A stretch of 64,000 nt of DNA, from positions 22,754,001 to 22,818,000 of the forward strand of contig NC_088810.1 in the NCBI RefSeq assembly GCF_011386835.1, given 5' to 3'. The notes below the pieces were generated by a model. It did no database searches, was not told the origin of the DNA, and was given only the letters and a program-made list of their open reading frames with translations. Numbering within the stretch: position 1 is the first letter of the stretch; each line of letters begins with the position of its first letter. Made by a program: the position numbers and the translations under genes. Below are positions 12,981-24,019 of this stretch, piece by piece. Source of the stretch: Chrysemys picta bellii. Its lineage: Eukaryota.

Positions 12981-14089
12981 TAATAGGGGCTATGTAGGAA
13001 CTTGCATATATAGCTAATTAAAGAAAGGGTGTTGATGACTCTGTCCTTTAGTTCTTGGCCATATCTCTGGCCCATTTTCTCCTTTTGGTCCTCATACTCT
13101 TTTCCCCATAGACTACCTTCTAACCAATCTTTTTGAATCCTTCTCATACTCTTTATCTCCTCACTCTCACGCATCCCCCGCCCCCGCCCCGCCCCCCTCA
13201 GTTTCTTTGGGACCTGCCACTGAAATGCTCTTCTTTTGTAAAGCCTTTACCGGGGACCATTTGTAGCGATCCCACAGCTCTGACCGTCTACCATCCTCTT
13301 CCTTCCACTTCTCTTGGCCTCCTGCCCTCCGTTTCCTGACCGTTCCGCCCTGCAGCTGCTAATCCTTCCTTTTACAGCTTCAGACCATAAAAATAAGTCT
13401 GACTATAACTTTTATAGCAGCTTACATTTTCACCCTTCATGGCACCGCACTCGTATGAAGCAGGTAATTATTATTTTATTACCTAATGAAGAGACCGTTG
13501 AGGCACACATCCTAACTGAGTTGCCCAAGGCCACTTCAGTGGAAAGACTAGAACTAGAATACCGCCCCACCTAATTACTATTAATGTTATCATTTATAAT
13601 TTGAACTCCAGGATCTCCTGTATGCCTCTGCTGAGATCAGGGCCCCAGTGTGCTGCTCACATTACAGGCCCAGAGTCTGAGACAGTCCCCATCTTGAAGA
13701 GTTGACAAGACATGGCTGAGAAAGGGTGGGAGGAAGGACAATCATGACCATTTTGCAGATGGGGAGGCAATGAACTGACTTGCCCAAGGTCCCGCAGAAT
13801 GTTTTTCTAAAAGACATGCTCTAGGATTTTTTTCAGGGACATTCAATGGCCTGCATTATACAAGTGATCAACATGAATGATCACAATGGTCCCTTTTATG
13901 GCCTTGGAATCTATAAACCCATGAATCATTATCCCCATATGAATGATAGGGAGGTCCTGAATAGAGAGATTAAGGGCAAGGTTTTTAATACAGTCTGGGG
14001 CTGATACAATGCCCATTGAAATCCAATAACTTGAGTTCCCTTCTAATATGCCCCTGTGGGTTGCATTTTCCTCCTCAGCAAACTGGCAA

Positions 14090-14775
14090 GGTGGTAGTAC
14101 TGCTGAAAAGGATCTGGGGGCTATAGTGGATCACAAACTGAATGCGAGTCAACAGTGTGATGCAGTTGTGAAAAAGGATAATATCATTCTAGGCTGTATT
14201 AACAGGCGTGTTGTATGTAAGACACAGGAGGTAACTGTCCCGCTCCATTTGGCTCAGGTGAGGCCTCAGTTGAAACATCATGTCCAGTTCTGGGCACCAT
14301 ACTCTAAAAGTTGTGGACACACGGGAGAGACGCCAGAGTAGAGAAACCAAAATGACAAAAGGTTTAGAAAACCTGACCTATAAGAAAAGGTTAAAAAAAA
14401 AACGGAGCATGTTTAGTCTTGAGAAATGAAGATTGAGAAGTGACCTGATACATGTCTTCAAATATGTTCAGGGTAGTTACGATCAACTGTTCTCTATGTC
14501 CACTGAAAATAGGACAAGAAGTAATGGGGCTTAAAATGCAGCAAGGGAGATTTAGATTAGCTATTAGGAAATCTTTCTGGCGCTAAGGGTAATTTAGCTG
14601 TGGAATAGGCTTCTAAGGGTGGCGGTGGAATCCCCATCACTGGAGGTTTTTAAGGACAGGTTGGATAAACACCTATTGGGGATGGTCTAGGTTTACTTGG
14701 TCCTGCCTCAGTTCAGGGGCATGGGCTTGATGACTTCTCAAGGTCCCTTCCAGCCCCACATTTTTATGATTCTAT
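14090..14775 (+). mobile_element. CR1 LINE 3' fragment
   Basis: ORF 14048..14341 (EKDLGAIVDHKLNASQQC..RPQLKHHVQFWAP) and tail TTTTATGATTCTATT. Confidence 0.88.
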
Positions 14776-15279
14776 TATTATAAATTCATCTCTGAAGGGA
14801 CTTCCAGTCATGTGAGACTTGAGTCAACACCAATGATATTATTCCAGTTTACACCAGCTGAGGATTTGGCCCTATATTTCAAGTAATATTTTCCTAGGAC
14901 ACTCCAGCTCCGCTAGTGATGTGTATTCTCCTTTGTAGGAAAAGCATGCTCCGTCTCTTTAAGCATGTCTATACATTTCTTTTCCAGGCTGTTCTGAGCC
15001 TAGTTGAAGGCTCCCATGTGCTTTAGTATAAAGTATGAAGAACATTTATCTATCGGACATTGTCCTATAATCCCCACTAGCACAATATATTAAACCTTTC
15101 CTAGATGAACTTCTTTGAAAGAGGTGCCACTGGGTATTATTGACCAAATGATCTAGGACCAGAGGAACGACTGACCAATTCCTCTCTTCCTAAATATTCA
15201 CAGAGAGTTCCCCAGTAAGCTTCACAGAGTCTTTTGTTCTTCCTACTTCACTCGTGATAGGAAGCTATGCTTGGACTGT

Positions 15280-15377
15280 ATATTAGCGAGACATGGAGGG
15301 TCAGGGAATATCTTTTATTGGATCAACGTCTGTTGTGGAGAGACAAGCAGTTGAGCTACACTGAGCACTTCTTCAGG
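15280..15377 (-). mobile_element. Penelope-like-derived fragment
   Basis: Reverse complement reads CCTGAAGAAGTGCTCAGTGTAGCTC..GCTTGTCTCTCC..GATCCAATAAAAGATA, the same family as 6736 and 9070. Confidence 0.5.
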
Positions 15378-15383
15378 TCATGG

Positions 15384-15744
15384 CATATGTGCCAACTTTC
15401 TCCGGCACTGGTGGGTACCCGCACCCCCCTCCCCTGGCCCCACCCCCATTCCAACCCCATCCCCAAAGTCCCCACCCTAACTCCACTCCCTCCCTGCCCC
15501 TATTGGATCCCTTCCCCAAATCCCCGCCCCCGCCCCGCCTCTTCCCCCAGCGCGCCACGTTCCCCCTCCTCGCCCCGCGAATCAGCTGTTTCGCGGCGCA
15601 AGCGCTGGGAGGGAAGGGGGAGAAGCAGGACACGCCAGCGCGCTCATGGAGGAGGTGAAGGCGAGCTGGAGCAGCGGGGCAGGGCCACAGGGAGCTGCCG
15701 GTGGGTGCTGAGCACCCACCAATTTTTTTCCGTCGGCGCCTATG
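15384..15744. mobile_element. MITE (probably hAT)
   Basis: TIRs CATATGTGCCAAC / GTCGGCGCCTATG, flanked by the direct repeat GTCATGG (15377-15383 and 15745-15751). GC-rich interior. Confidence 0.7.
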
Positions 15745-16364
15745 GTCATGGGCTGTATATAGCAATTTAAAAATCATTCCAGCAGGGATAGGGTACTTCT
15801 TTGAAAAAGGAGGATCTTGCATCCTGGGCTGAAGCTGGTCATACACTGGATTAGTCTACTTTGCTCTAGAACGTTATTCCTCAACCATTCTGCCCCTGAG
15901 TAAGTAGGCTTTACTTCCATCGCTCATGTGATTCTTCCTGTCCTTTGTCAGTTACATTGTCCCATTGTAACAAGTGTCTTGTTACAGGTTCCAGAGTTCA
16001 TACAAGCCTTTATACAACTGCACTCGTTCCTTTCTCCTACTGCCACTTTTCACTGCAACCCAGGAGCAAGCCGGCTGTAGGTAGCCCTTGGGTGTCCTGT
16101 TATGATCGTCACCTGTATTCCTGTCCCTAAACTAATGATCACTTAACTGGACATCTCTTCAGACTGGAAAGTCCAATTGCATTAGGCTGAAAGTCACTAC
16201 TGAGCAGAGCGAGAGCACAAAACATTATCGCAACACTCCAATCCTGCTTCAGCTCTACTTTGAAGGCTATGGAGGGATTTAAGTTGTGGATAAGTCATGA
16301 ACATCAGAATGGCCTGCAGGGTTAGAACAATGGTCCATCTAGCCCAGTATCCTATTTTCCAACA

Positions 16365-16629
16365 GGTTTCAGAGTAGCAGCTGTGTTAGTCTGTATCCGC
16401 AAAAAGAACAGGAGGACTTGTGGCACCTTAGAGACTCACACATTTATTTGAGCATAAGCTTTCATGGGCAACAGCCCACTTCATGGGATGCATAGAATGG
16501 AACACACACAGAAAGAAGATATTTATACATACAGATATTTATACACACAGTTGGTATGGCAGCTTCTTTCTGTGTGTTCCATTCTATGCATCCGATGAAG
16601 TGGGCTGTAGCCCACGAAAGCGTATGCTC
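16365..16629. mobile_element. Penelope-like element terminal fragment with ~70-bp inverted repeat
   Basis: Starts GGTTTCAGAGTAGCAGCTGTGTTAGTCTGTATCCGCAAAAAGAACAGG, recognised as a turtle Penelope-like terminus from memory. 16450-16520 is inverted at 16562-16629. The element splits the CR1 3' UTR. Confidence 0.65.
16592..16629 (+). ncRNA. Minimal type I hammerhead-ribozyme-like motif
   Basis: CCGATGA-A-[GTGGGC TGTA GCCCAC]-GAAA-[GC GTAT GC]-TC: core with U4C and an extra A, a perfect 6-bp stem II, a short stem III and a UC cleavage triplet end. Stem I is not convincingly formed. Confidence 0.5.
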
Positions 16630-18789
16630 TTATCTTTCAATAGGGGCTGGTGCCAGATGCTTCAGCAAGAGAGAACAGAAATGGACAATTTGTCATCCAG
16701 GCCCAGCTTCTAGAAGTCACAGGTTTAGGGACACCCAGAACATGGGGTTGCCTTCCTGTCCAGCTGGGCTACTAGGCATAGATGGACCTATCTTCTGTGA
16801 ACTTACCGAATTCTTTTTTGAATTCAGTTATAATTTGGGCCTTGTCCCCTGGGAACAAGTTGCAGAAATTGACTGTGTGTTGCATGAAGAGGTACTTCCT
16901 CATGTTTGTTTTAAACCTGCTGCCTATTCATTTCTTTGGATGACCCCTGGTTCATGTGTTATGTGAAAGGGTAAATAGCATTACATGGTTCATGATTGTA
17001 TAGACCTCTATCACGTCCCCCCTCAATCCTCTCTTTTCCAAGCTGAACACTTCCAGTCATTTTAATCTCGCTTCATATGGAAGCTGTTCTATACCCTTAA
17101 TCATTTGTGTTGCCCTTCTCTGGGCTTTCTCTAGATCTTTTCTGAGATGGAGTGACCAGAACTGCACGCAGTATTCCAGGGGTGGCATACCATGGATTTC
17201 TATAGTGGCATTACAATGTTTTTCTGTTTTAGGAGCCTATCCGTTTCATAATGATTCCTAACATTCTCTTAGCTTTTTTGACGGCTGCTGGACATTGAGC
17301 AGATATTTTCAGAGAACTACCTGCAGTGAGTTTAAAATCTCTTTCCTGATGGGTAACAGCTAATTTAAACCCCATCATTGTGTATGTATAACTGGGATTA
17401 TGTTTTCCAATGTGCATTACTTTGCATGTACCAACATGCAATTTAATCTGCCATTTTCTTGCCAGTCACCCAGTTTTGTAAGATGCCTTTGTAACTCTTT
17501 GCAGAATGATTTCAACTTAACTATCTTGAGTAATTTTGTGTGCTCTGCCAACGTTGCCAACTCACAGTATGCCCCACTTTTCCATATCATTTCTCAGTAC
17601 GCTGAACAGCACTGGTCCCAGTAAAGCTCCTTGAAGGAGCCAGCTATTTACTGCTTTCCACTTTGAAAACTGAACATTTTCTTGGTACCCCTTTCCTCCC
17701 TCTGTTTTAACCAGTTTCTGATTCATGAGTGGACCTTCCCTCTTATCCCAAAGCTGGCACTCTCTTCCTTGCCCCCATGGGTATCCCCTCCTCATCAGGT
17801 CAGAGCTAGGATTGTGGTGCCACGGCAGAGGGTGCTGCTGCAGGTTGGTAGAAGTTTAGTATACTCCTTAGTTTATGTAAGAGCTTTTAGTGCAGGAGCT
17901 TATCCAAGACTTTCTGTAAATCCAAATACACATTCTCCACTGGAACACCCTTCTCCACATATTTGTTGACCAACACAAAGAATTCTAATGATTAGTAAGC
18001 CATGACTTCCCTTCACAAAAGCCATATTGATTCTTCCCCAGCGTATCACGGTCCTCTATATGGCTGATATTTCTTTCAACCAATTTACCTTGTACTGAAT
18101 TTAGGAGACTTGTCTCAAAATTGGCATCATATCTGCCAGTAATCTCATAGAGAGGCTGATTTAAGCGACAGGATAGTTATCACAGTTAGCAGTTCTGCAA
18201 ATTTACATTTGGGTTCCTTCTGAACATTTGGGTGAACACCATCTGGTCCTGGTGACTTATTACCATTTAATGTATCTGTTTGTGCCATTGTCCTGGTCAT
18301 GTATCCAGCACAGTATTGTAACCCAGCAGGCCTGGTTCCAAGGCCATTGAACTGATTGGAGAGACATTCGTGTCTCACAAGAATTAAGAAGGGTGAATTT
18401 CACCTTGCCGCTAATTAGATACTAGTCGGGATTTAAAGAATGAAATGGAATCCTGCACATCCCAGCAGATTGTAATATTGATACACCTCTGAGTCACCTT
18501 CATATTTTGAAGTTCTTCAATGAAGAAGTAATGCAACAGAACTGAATTTATACCACTGTCAACATCAAGGAGATCAGTGAGATGATGCCAAGAACGTATG
18601 TTGGCCAAAACACTTTCAGATTAAAGGAATTAAGGGTGTAATACGGATGCCATCCGTATGTGGGATTGGAAATCGATTAATTGATCAACCATGACAAAGC
18701 CATTACCATAATTAACGGATAATAGTAATTATCATACAAAGCAACAAAACATTTTTTTGGTTATTGAAAGGGTGTCTCCTATCCTTCCC

Positions 18790-18879
18790 ATTGGCTAAAA
18801 AAGCATATAAAAGTGCTTGCAACTCTGGGTTGTTCTATTCATTTCTCTTGACTTCATCCCCTTGGTGAACTGGGTAAGT
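18790..18879 (+). promoter_or_regulatory. CBP copy 1 core promoter, non-coding exon 1 and splice donor
   Basis: ATTGG (reverse CCAAT) at 18790, TATAAAA at 18806-18812, donor TGG|GTAAGT at 18873/18874, acceptor TTTTTCAG| at 19968. This is the 5'-UTR-intron layout typical of CBP genes. Confidence 0.8.
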
Positions 18880-19987
18880 CTACTGAATTCAGATTACTCT
18901 ACTTTTTGCTTTAGTGATAGTTTTAACTATGGATTGAACCTTCACCAATAATGTGTGATTTTAGCAATATTAATGAAGGTAGTTTTACTTTCCAAAAGAG
19001 ACTCTCTGTAACTAGTCAGTTGCAGGCCTTGGTGGTGGCAGACTTTAAAAATATCATGCTGGGATTTTCAAATCCACTTATGGGATTGGGACACCCATTT
19101 GCAATAAATATAATAGGGGGCAGTGCATGTAAATCCATTAGACAATTATGAAAAATCTCAGCTTTAGGCTACTTTAGGAAGGGACAGTTTTATTCTGACT
19201 CTTTATTGATAAATACAATTGCCAGACGGTCAGCTGACTTCACTGGACTCAGAGCTATTTGTCCAAGATGATCATCTGACCCTGCTGTTTCCATAAAAGG
19301 CTGGAGATCCGTTTTGAAATATAACAATTGAACAGCAACTTGATTGTTCTTTTTAGTTTAGTGGACGATCAAGATCTAGATAAGTTTGAGAAGTTGGAAG
19401 TGCTTTATATGACTTTCCCTTCAGGGCAAATCTAGCCCCTAGGTTAGTGATGGTAAGAAGAAATTCTCCTTATGAGCAGTTTCCTCCATAATGGGCCATG
19501 TCAGGGCTCCTATCATTTTCTCTGAAGAGTGTCGTGCTGCACAGCATTAGAGAAAGGACACTGGATGAGTTAGATCACTGAGCTGACCCACTATGGCAGA
19601 AGTTGTAGAAGTTGTAATCTCTGATCCAGACCTTTAGCTGGTACAAGCTGGAATAGCAGCTTTGAATTAAAGGTAGCTCTCACTGACTTCACAGGGTGTT
19701 GTGCAGCTTAATGGTTGCATAAGCAGTGAAAAGGTAACATTTTGAAATTGCTGGGATTTTTTTTCTTCTTTTTTCTTTTTCTTGTGTGTGTGTTTGAAGC
19801 CTAAGGGGAATGGGTGCGACTGAATAGAAGGGAAAAAAAATGGGAGCAGACATGTGGCCTTCATCAGCCTTCATCTCGCCCCTCTTACTCTAAAACTCAA
19901 ACCGTGCATCTCTTATTCCAATCTCAACGGTGTCTCATGGTTTCTTTACTCCCTCCTGTGTTTTTCAGGATCCCTCCAACACAGAAG

Positions 19988-20576
19988 ATGTCTTACTGCC
20001 CACCCCAGGATTGTTATCCCGATATATGGCCCACGTCCATGTATTGACGTCCGCAACGAGCCGTGTATCTCATCATGCGGAGATTCGACTGCAGTGGTCT
20101 TTGCGCCACCAGTTGTTGTGAGATTCCCGGGACCAACTATGGCTACATGTCCTCAAGACAGCTTCGTAGGAACCTCCTTACCAAATTTGCCAATTAGACC
20201 TGTGGGCTCAAATGGTGGCTCAATTAGTTACGGAGGAGGTTATGGTGGTGGTTACGGGGGAGGTAACAGTGTTGTTGGTTCTGGTGGAGGATTCGGAGGC
20301 TCAACTGGTTATGGGGGAGTTTATGGAGGTGGAGTCGGGGGTGGTTATGGGGGAGTTTATGGAGGTGGAGTTGGGGGTGGTTATGGGGGTGGTTACGGGG
20401 CTGGAGTCGGGTGTGGTTATGGGGGTGGAGCCGCTGGTGGTTATGGCGGTTGTTATGGAGGCTCATATGGTTCTGGAGGTTCACGTGGTTATAGCAAGAA
20501 GTCATATCGTAGCATTTCTGGGGGAAGATCTTCTGGAGTCAAGAGTGGAAACCCAGAAAAACCATCCATGGAATGA
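19988..20576 (+). pseudogene. Corneous beta-protein copy 1, frameshifted
   Basis: From ATG 19988 the frame reads [13 protein letters not shown]. An extra G at 20028/9 relative to the paralogs then gives WPTSMY* (TGA 20045-20047). A 17-bp deletion at 20552/3 removes the native YGPC* end. ATTAAA at 20982. Confidence 0.88.
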
Positions 20577-21292
20577 GAAACAATCAGGAAATGACAAGAT
20601 AGAGATTCACCACTGATCTAATGGACAATGATGCCTACAACTCGACTTGCAGACTGTGGGTGTTCATCACCTCTATAAATCAGGCCTATCTGTGTCTTCC
20701 ACTTGGTACATATTATTGTAGCTTTATGATCTACAGGTTTTGCCGCTTAGTCTTATGCTTTGTGCTATTTGACGTTGAACTGGCTAAAACAAGTCACTTG
20801 GTTGAAAAAGGGACATGATTTTCAAACTCAACAGCTTCAAGGCAGAAAGCAGATGATCTTGTGTGAAAAGCCTCACTTTGGAGCGGGTGATTGGTTCTTG
20901 CTCGGATTGTAACCCTGAAAATACATTCTTTGTACTCTGCATTAATTCATTCTGCAAGTGTGTACTCCACTGCTCATTCCCATTAAAAATTATTCTGCAT
21001 CATAGCATTGGCCTTCTGGTTTTCCTTTCTCCTCCATTCTTTCTATCCCAACCAGTTTGGGTGAAATTCACCACGGTGATGGTGCTCTGTACATGCTCCC
21101 TGCACTACATCCCTCCAACTCAAGAGAATCCCTAAGCAGAAAAGTACATTAACTGGTCTATAGCATGGTGCTGGCCATCTGCCCAGGGGAGATAAGTACT
21201 AACTGTGGTAAGAAGAAGACATTCCCCCTTGTTCCAAAAGTCTCAGAAGGGAATTAGAATATATTTCCCTGCTCTAAATATTACATAAAATT

Positions 21293-22215
21293 GTAGAATC
21301 CTTGAACTATAGGGCTGGAAGGAACCTTGGGATGTCACAAAGTTCAGCCCCCTGTGCGGCAGCAGGACCTGACCTGACTGGTCTTTGTCTAAACTATCCT
21401 TATAAACCTTCAATGATGGAAATTCCATAACTTCCTATGAAAGCCTGAAATCAACACTTTACGATCATTATAGTTAAAAAGTTATTGCTAATATCGAACC
21501 TGTATCTCCCATCATGCAGATTAAGCCAATTACATCTCATCTTATCTTCAGTGGACGCAGAACTATTGATCACCATGTTCTTTAAAACGGCCCTACACAT
21601 ATTTGAAAACTGTTACCCAGTCCCCCGTCAGTCTGCTTTTCTGAACACTAAACATGCCCAGTGTTTTCAATTTGTCCTCAGAGGTCAGGGTTCTGAAACT
21701 TTTGTCATTTTAGTAGCTCTCCTCTGGACTCTCTCCAGTTTGTTCACATCTTCCCCATTGAAGTGTGCTGGGGAAAATTGGCGACAAAACTCCAGCTGAG
21801 GCCTTTACTGAATTTCATTTTGTTGATTTCAGATGAAGTCTCAATTAGTGAAGCTCATTTTGAATTCTCATCCTGTCTTCCAAAGTGCTTCAACCCCTCT
21901 CAGCTTGGTGTCCTCTGCAAATATTATCAGTGAACTGACCACTCCATTATTCAAGTTATTAGAGAAAATACTGAAGAGTAAAAGACCCAGGACAACCTCC
22001 TCTGGCTACCCCGCTAGGTATAGCATTCTAGATTCACAGCAAACCATTGATAACCAATTTTTGAGTCCATCTTTCAACCAGTTATATAGCCACCTGATAA
22101 TAATTTTGTCTCAACCATGTGGTTGAGGGAAATGTTTCCCAAGTTTGCTTATACGAATGTCTGGTTTGACGGTGTCGAAAACTTTCCTAACATCAAGATA
22201 TAGGTAGGACTTTCA
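21293..22215 (-). mobile_element. CR1 3' fragment downstream of CBP (unit 1)
   Basis: Tail GTAGAATCCTTGAACTATAGGGCTGGAAGG followed by degenerate CR1 ORF2. Copies at ~30945-31875, ~44130-44866 and ~55300-56038. Confidence 0.75.
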
Positions 22216-22277
22216 AATAATTTCCCTCCAGTTAATTTATGATAATATGAATATTTAAGTGAATATGAGGGAAAGGA

Positions 22278-23307
22278 TATGATGTAACTGGAACATGCTT
22301 TGTGCAAAAGGTCTCTTGTAAAGTATCATATGAAACGCTATAACCTATAGGAATATATTTCTCCTATTTGGATGCATGTATCATTCTTGTATCTGAAGCT
22401 AGAAATATGAAGTATAACTCTGAGGTCCTATTGTAATTATGCAAAGTGTGGGCCATTAATGGTGGTTTAGAATCTTGATGGCTCCCATTGACTAGGACAA
22501 TTGGTTGTAAATGGTTTATTTACCTGCACACCTTCCTGTGTAGGTGTGGGCCAACCCAGGAAGAATGGAGACTAGGGGTCTTACTGTGCCAAAGCTATAA
22601 AACGGGGTGGAGCAGGACAAAGACGGCTACCAGTCATGAGAAAACCCCTGCCTGCCACCTGAGATGTCTGCTGGAACTAACAAGGACTCTACGAGGGGAA
22701 AGGATTGGGCCCAGATTAGGAAGGAGTCTAGTCTGTGAAAGGACCTTATTGGAACATCTCTGAGGGTGAAATATTATCTGCAATCAGTTTCTTAATGTAT
22801 TAGGCTTAGACTGGCGTGTTTTTACTTTATTTTGCTTGGTGACTTACTTTGGTCTGTCTGTTATTACTTGAAACCACTTAACTCCTACTTTTTATACTTA
22901 ATGAAATCACTTTTGTTTATTAATAAACGCAGAGTAAGTGATTAATACCTGGGGGAGCAAACAGCTGCGCATATCTCTCTATCAGTGATATAGAGGGCGA
23001 ACAATTCATGAGTTTACCCTGTATAAGCTTTATACAGAGTAAAACGGATGTATTCGGGGTTTAGATCCCATTGGGAGCTGGGTGACTGAGTGCTGGAGAC
23101 AGGTAACTTGCTGAGCAGTTTTCAGTTAAGTCTGCAGCTTTGGGAACATGGACCAGACCCTGGGTCTGTGTTGCAGCAGGCTGGCGATTCTGGCTCAACA
23201 AGACAGGGTTCTGGAAGTCCCAAGCTGGCAGGGAAAACGGGCTCAGAGGTAATTTCAGCACATCAGGTGACAGTCCCAAGGGGATCTCTGTGACCGAACC
23301 CGTCACA
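22278..23307 (+). mobile_element. Solo LTR (unit 1; 5' end and an internal segment deleted)
   Basis: Homologous to the full LTR at 56130-57314. TATAAAA at ~22596, end ..CCCGTCACA. Confidence 0.8.
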
Positions 23308-24019
23308 GCACCTACTTACTATATTAGAAGCACTTGGCCAGTTTCATGCTGATAATTTCACAGAGGAACTGAAAATTAAGAATTTCAAAAGTGCGTGGTC
23401 CTAGATTGCGCTTGAGACATATTCATGGGAACAGTGGTCCAGAGAATAGACATTGAGTACTACTAAAAGCCAGGATTTTTCAAGATGTCTGAAGTTGGGC
23501 ACCAAAATCACCAGTTGCTTTTGAAAATCTTGGCCTTGTGGTTAACCATAGATGTCTTGAGTGATCTTTGGTAAATCAATATCCTCTCTCCTCTCCCCAT
23601 ATGTAAAAAAGGTGGTGGGGCTAAATCATTTACTCTGGGAGGATTACAATCTATTTATCTAGTTGAGAATGTTGCATAGTCCCCAGTATCACAGCATGAA
23701 GAGTTTTCCAAGTTGAACTTGTCGGAAAGAGGTGATCCTGGGTATTATTGTACAATGGATATAGGATTCGAGGAATCACAGAGCAATTCCTTTGTTCCGG
23801 AATTCCCATGAAATGTTCTCTAGTAAATTTCATATATCCTTTTGTTCTTCCTATTCTCCTCATAACAGGAAGTGTAGGTCTCTATAGCAACTTAAAATCC
23901 ATCCTGGTAATGGTGAGGTATTTTGTTAAAAGCGAAGGCCCTTCTGTACTGTGATCAAGTTTGTCTCTGAATTACTCTGATTTCTTCTTTCCTGATCCAT
24001 CCTCGACTCCCAGGACTAA

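Larger units (their letters stand above)
16290..18290 (-). mobile_element. CR1 LINE, interrupted by a Penelope-like insertion; its distal part is the start of array unit 1
   Basis: Tail at ~16290 (CATGAACATCAGAATGGCC). CR1 ORF2 remnants at 17229..17441 and 17562..17795 (LLQGALLGPVLF). Confidence 0.85.

Noticed and set aside
12579-13174. Pro/Gly-rich ORFs (also 15267-15846)
   Set aside because: They coincide with GC-rich MITE interiors and have no recognisable domain.
19229-19238. Palindrome GTCAGCTGAC in every CBP intron
   Set aside because: It is short, and identity among recent paralogs gives no evidence of function.
19854-20027. 240-aa ORF suggesting CBP copy 1 is intact with a long N-terminus
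   Set aside because: It starts inside the intron and joins the CBP frame only because of the +1 frameshift. The spliced ATG at 19988 is in another frame.
20220-20470. Repeat arrays as possible CRISPR or satellite
   Set aside because: This is vertebrate DNA. The repeats are coding Gly-rich units or TE subterminal repeats with no repeat-spacer structure.
20212-20616. Val/Met-rich plus-strand and His/Asn-rich minus-strand ORFs over each CBP (also 29882, 29894, 43068, 43080, 54263, 54275)
   Set aside because: These are shadow frames of the GGN/TAT repeat, which lacks stops in the alternative frames.
20863-21135. 90-aa ORF repeated in each unit (30515, 43700, 54871) and 65-aa ORFs (20621, 30273, 54629)
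   Set aside because: They lie in CBP 3' UTRs and start at non-ATG or context-free codons. Their recurrence reflects recent duplication, not selection.
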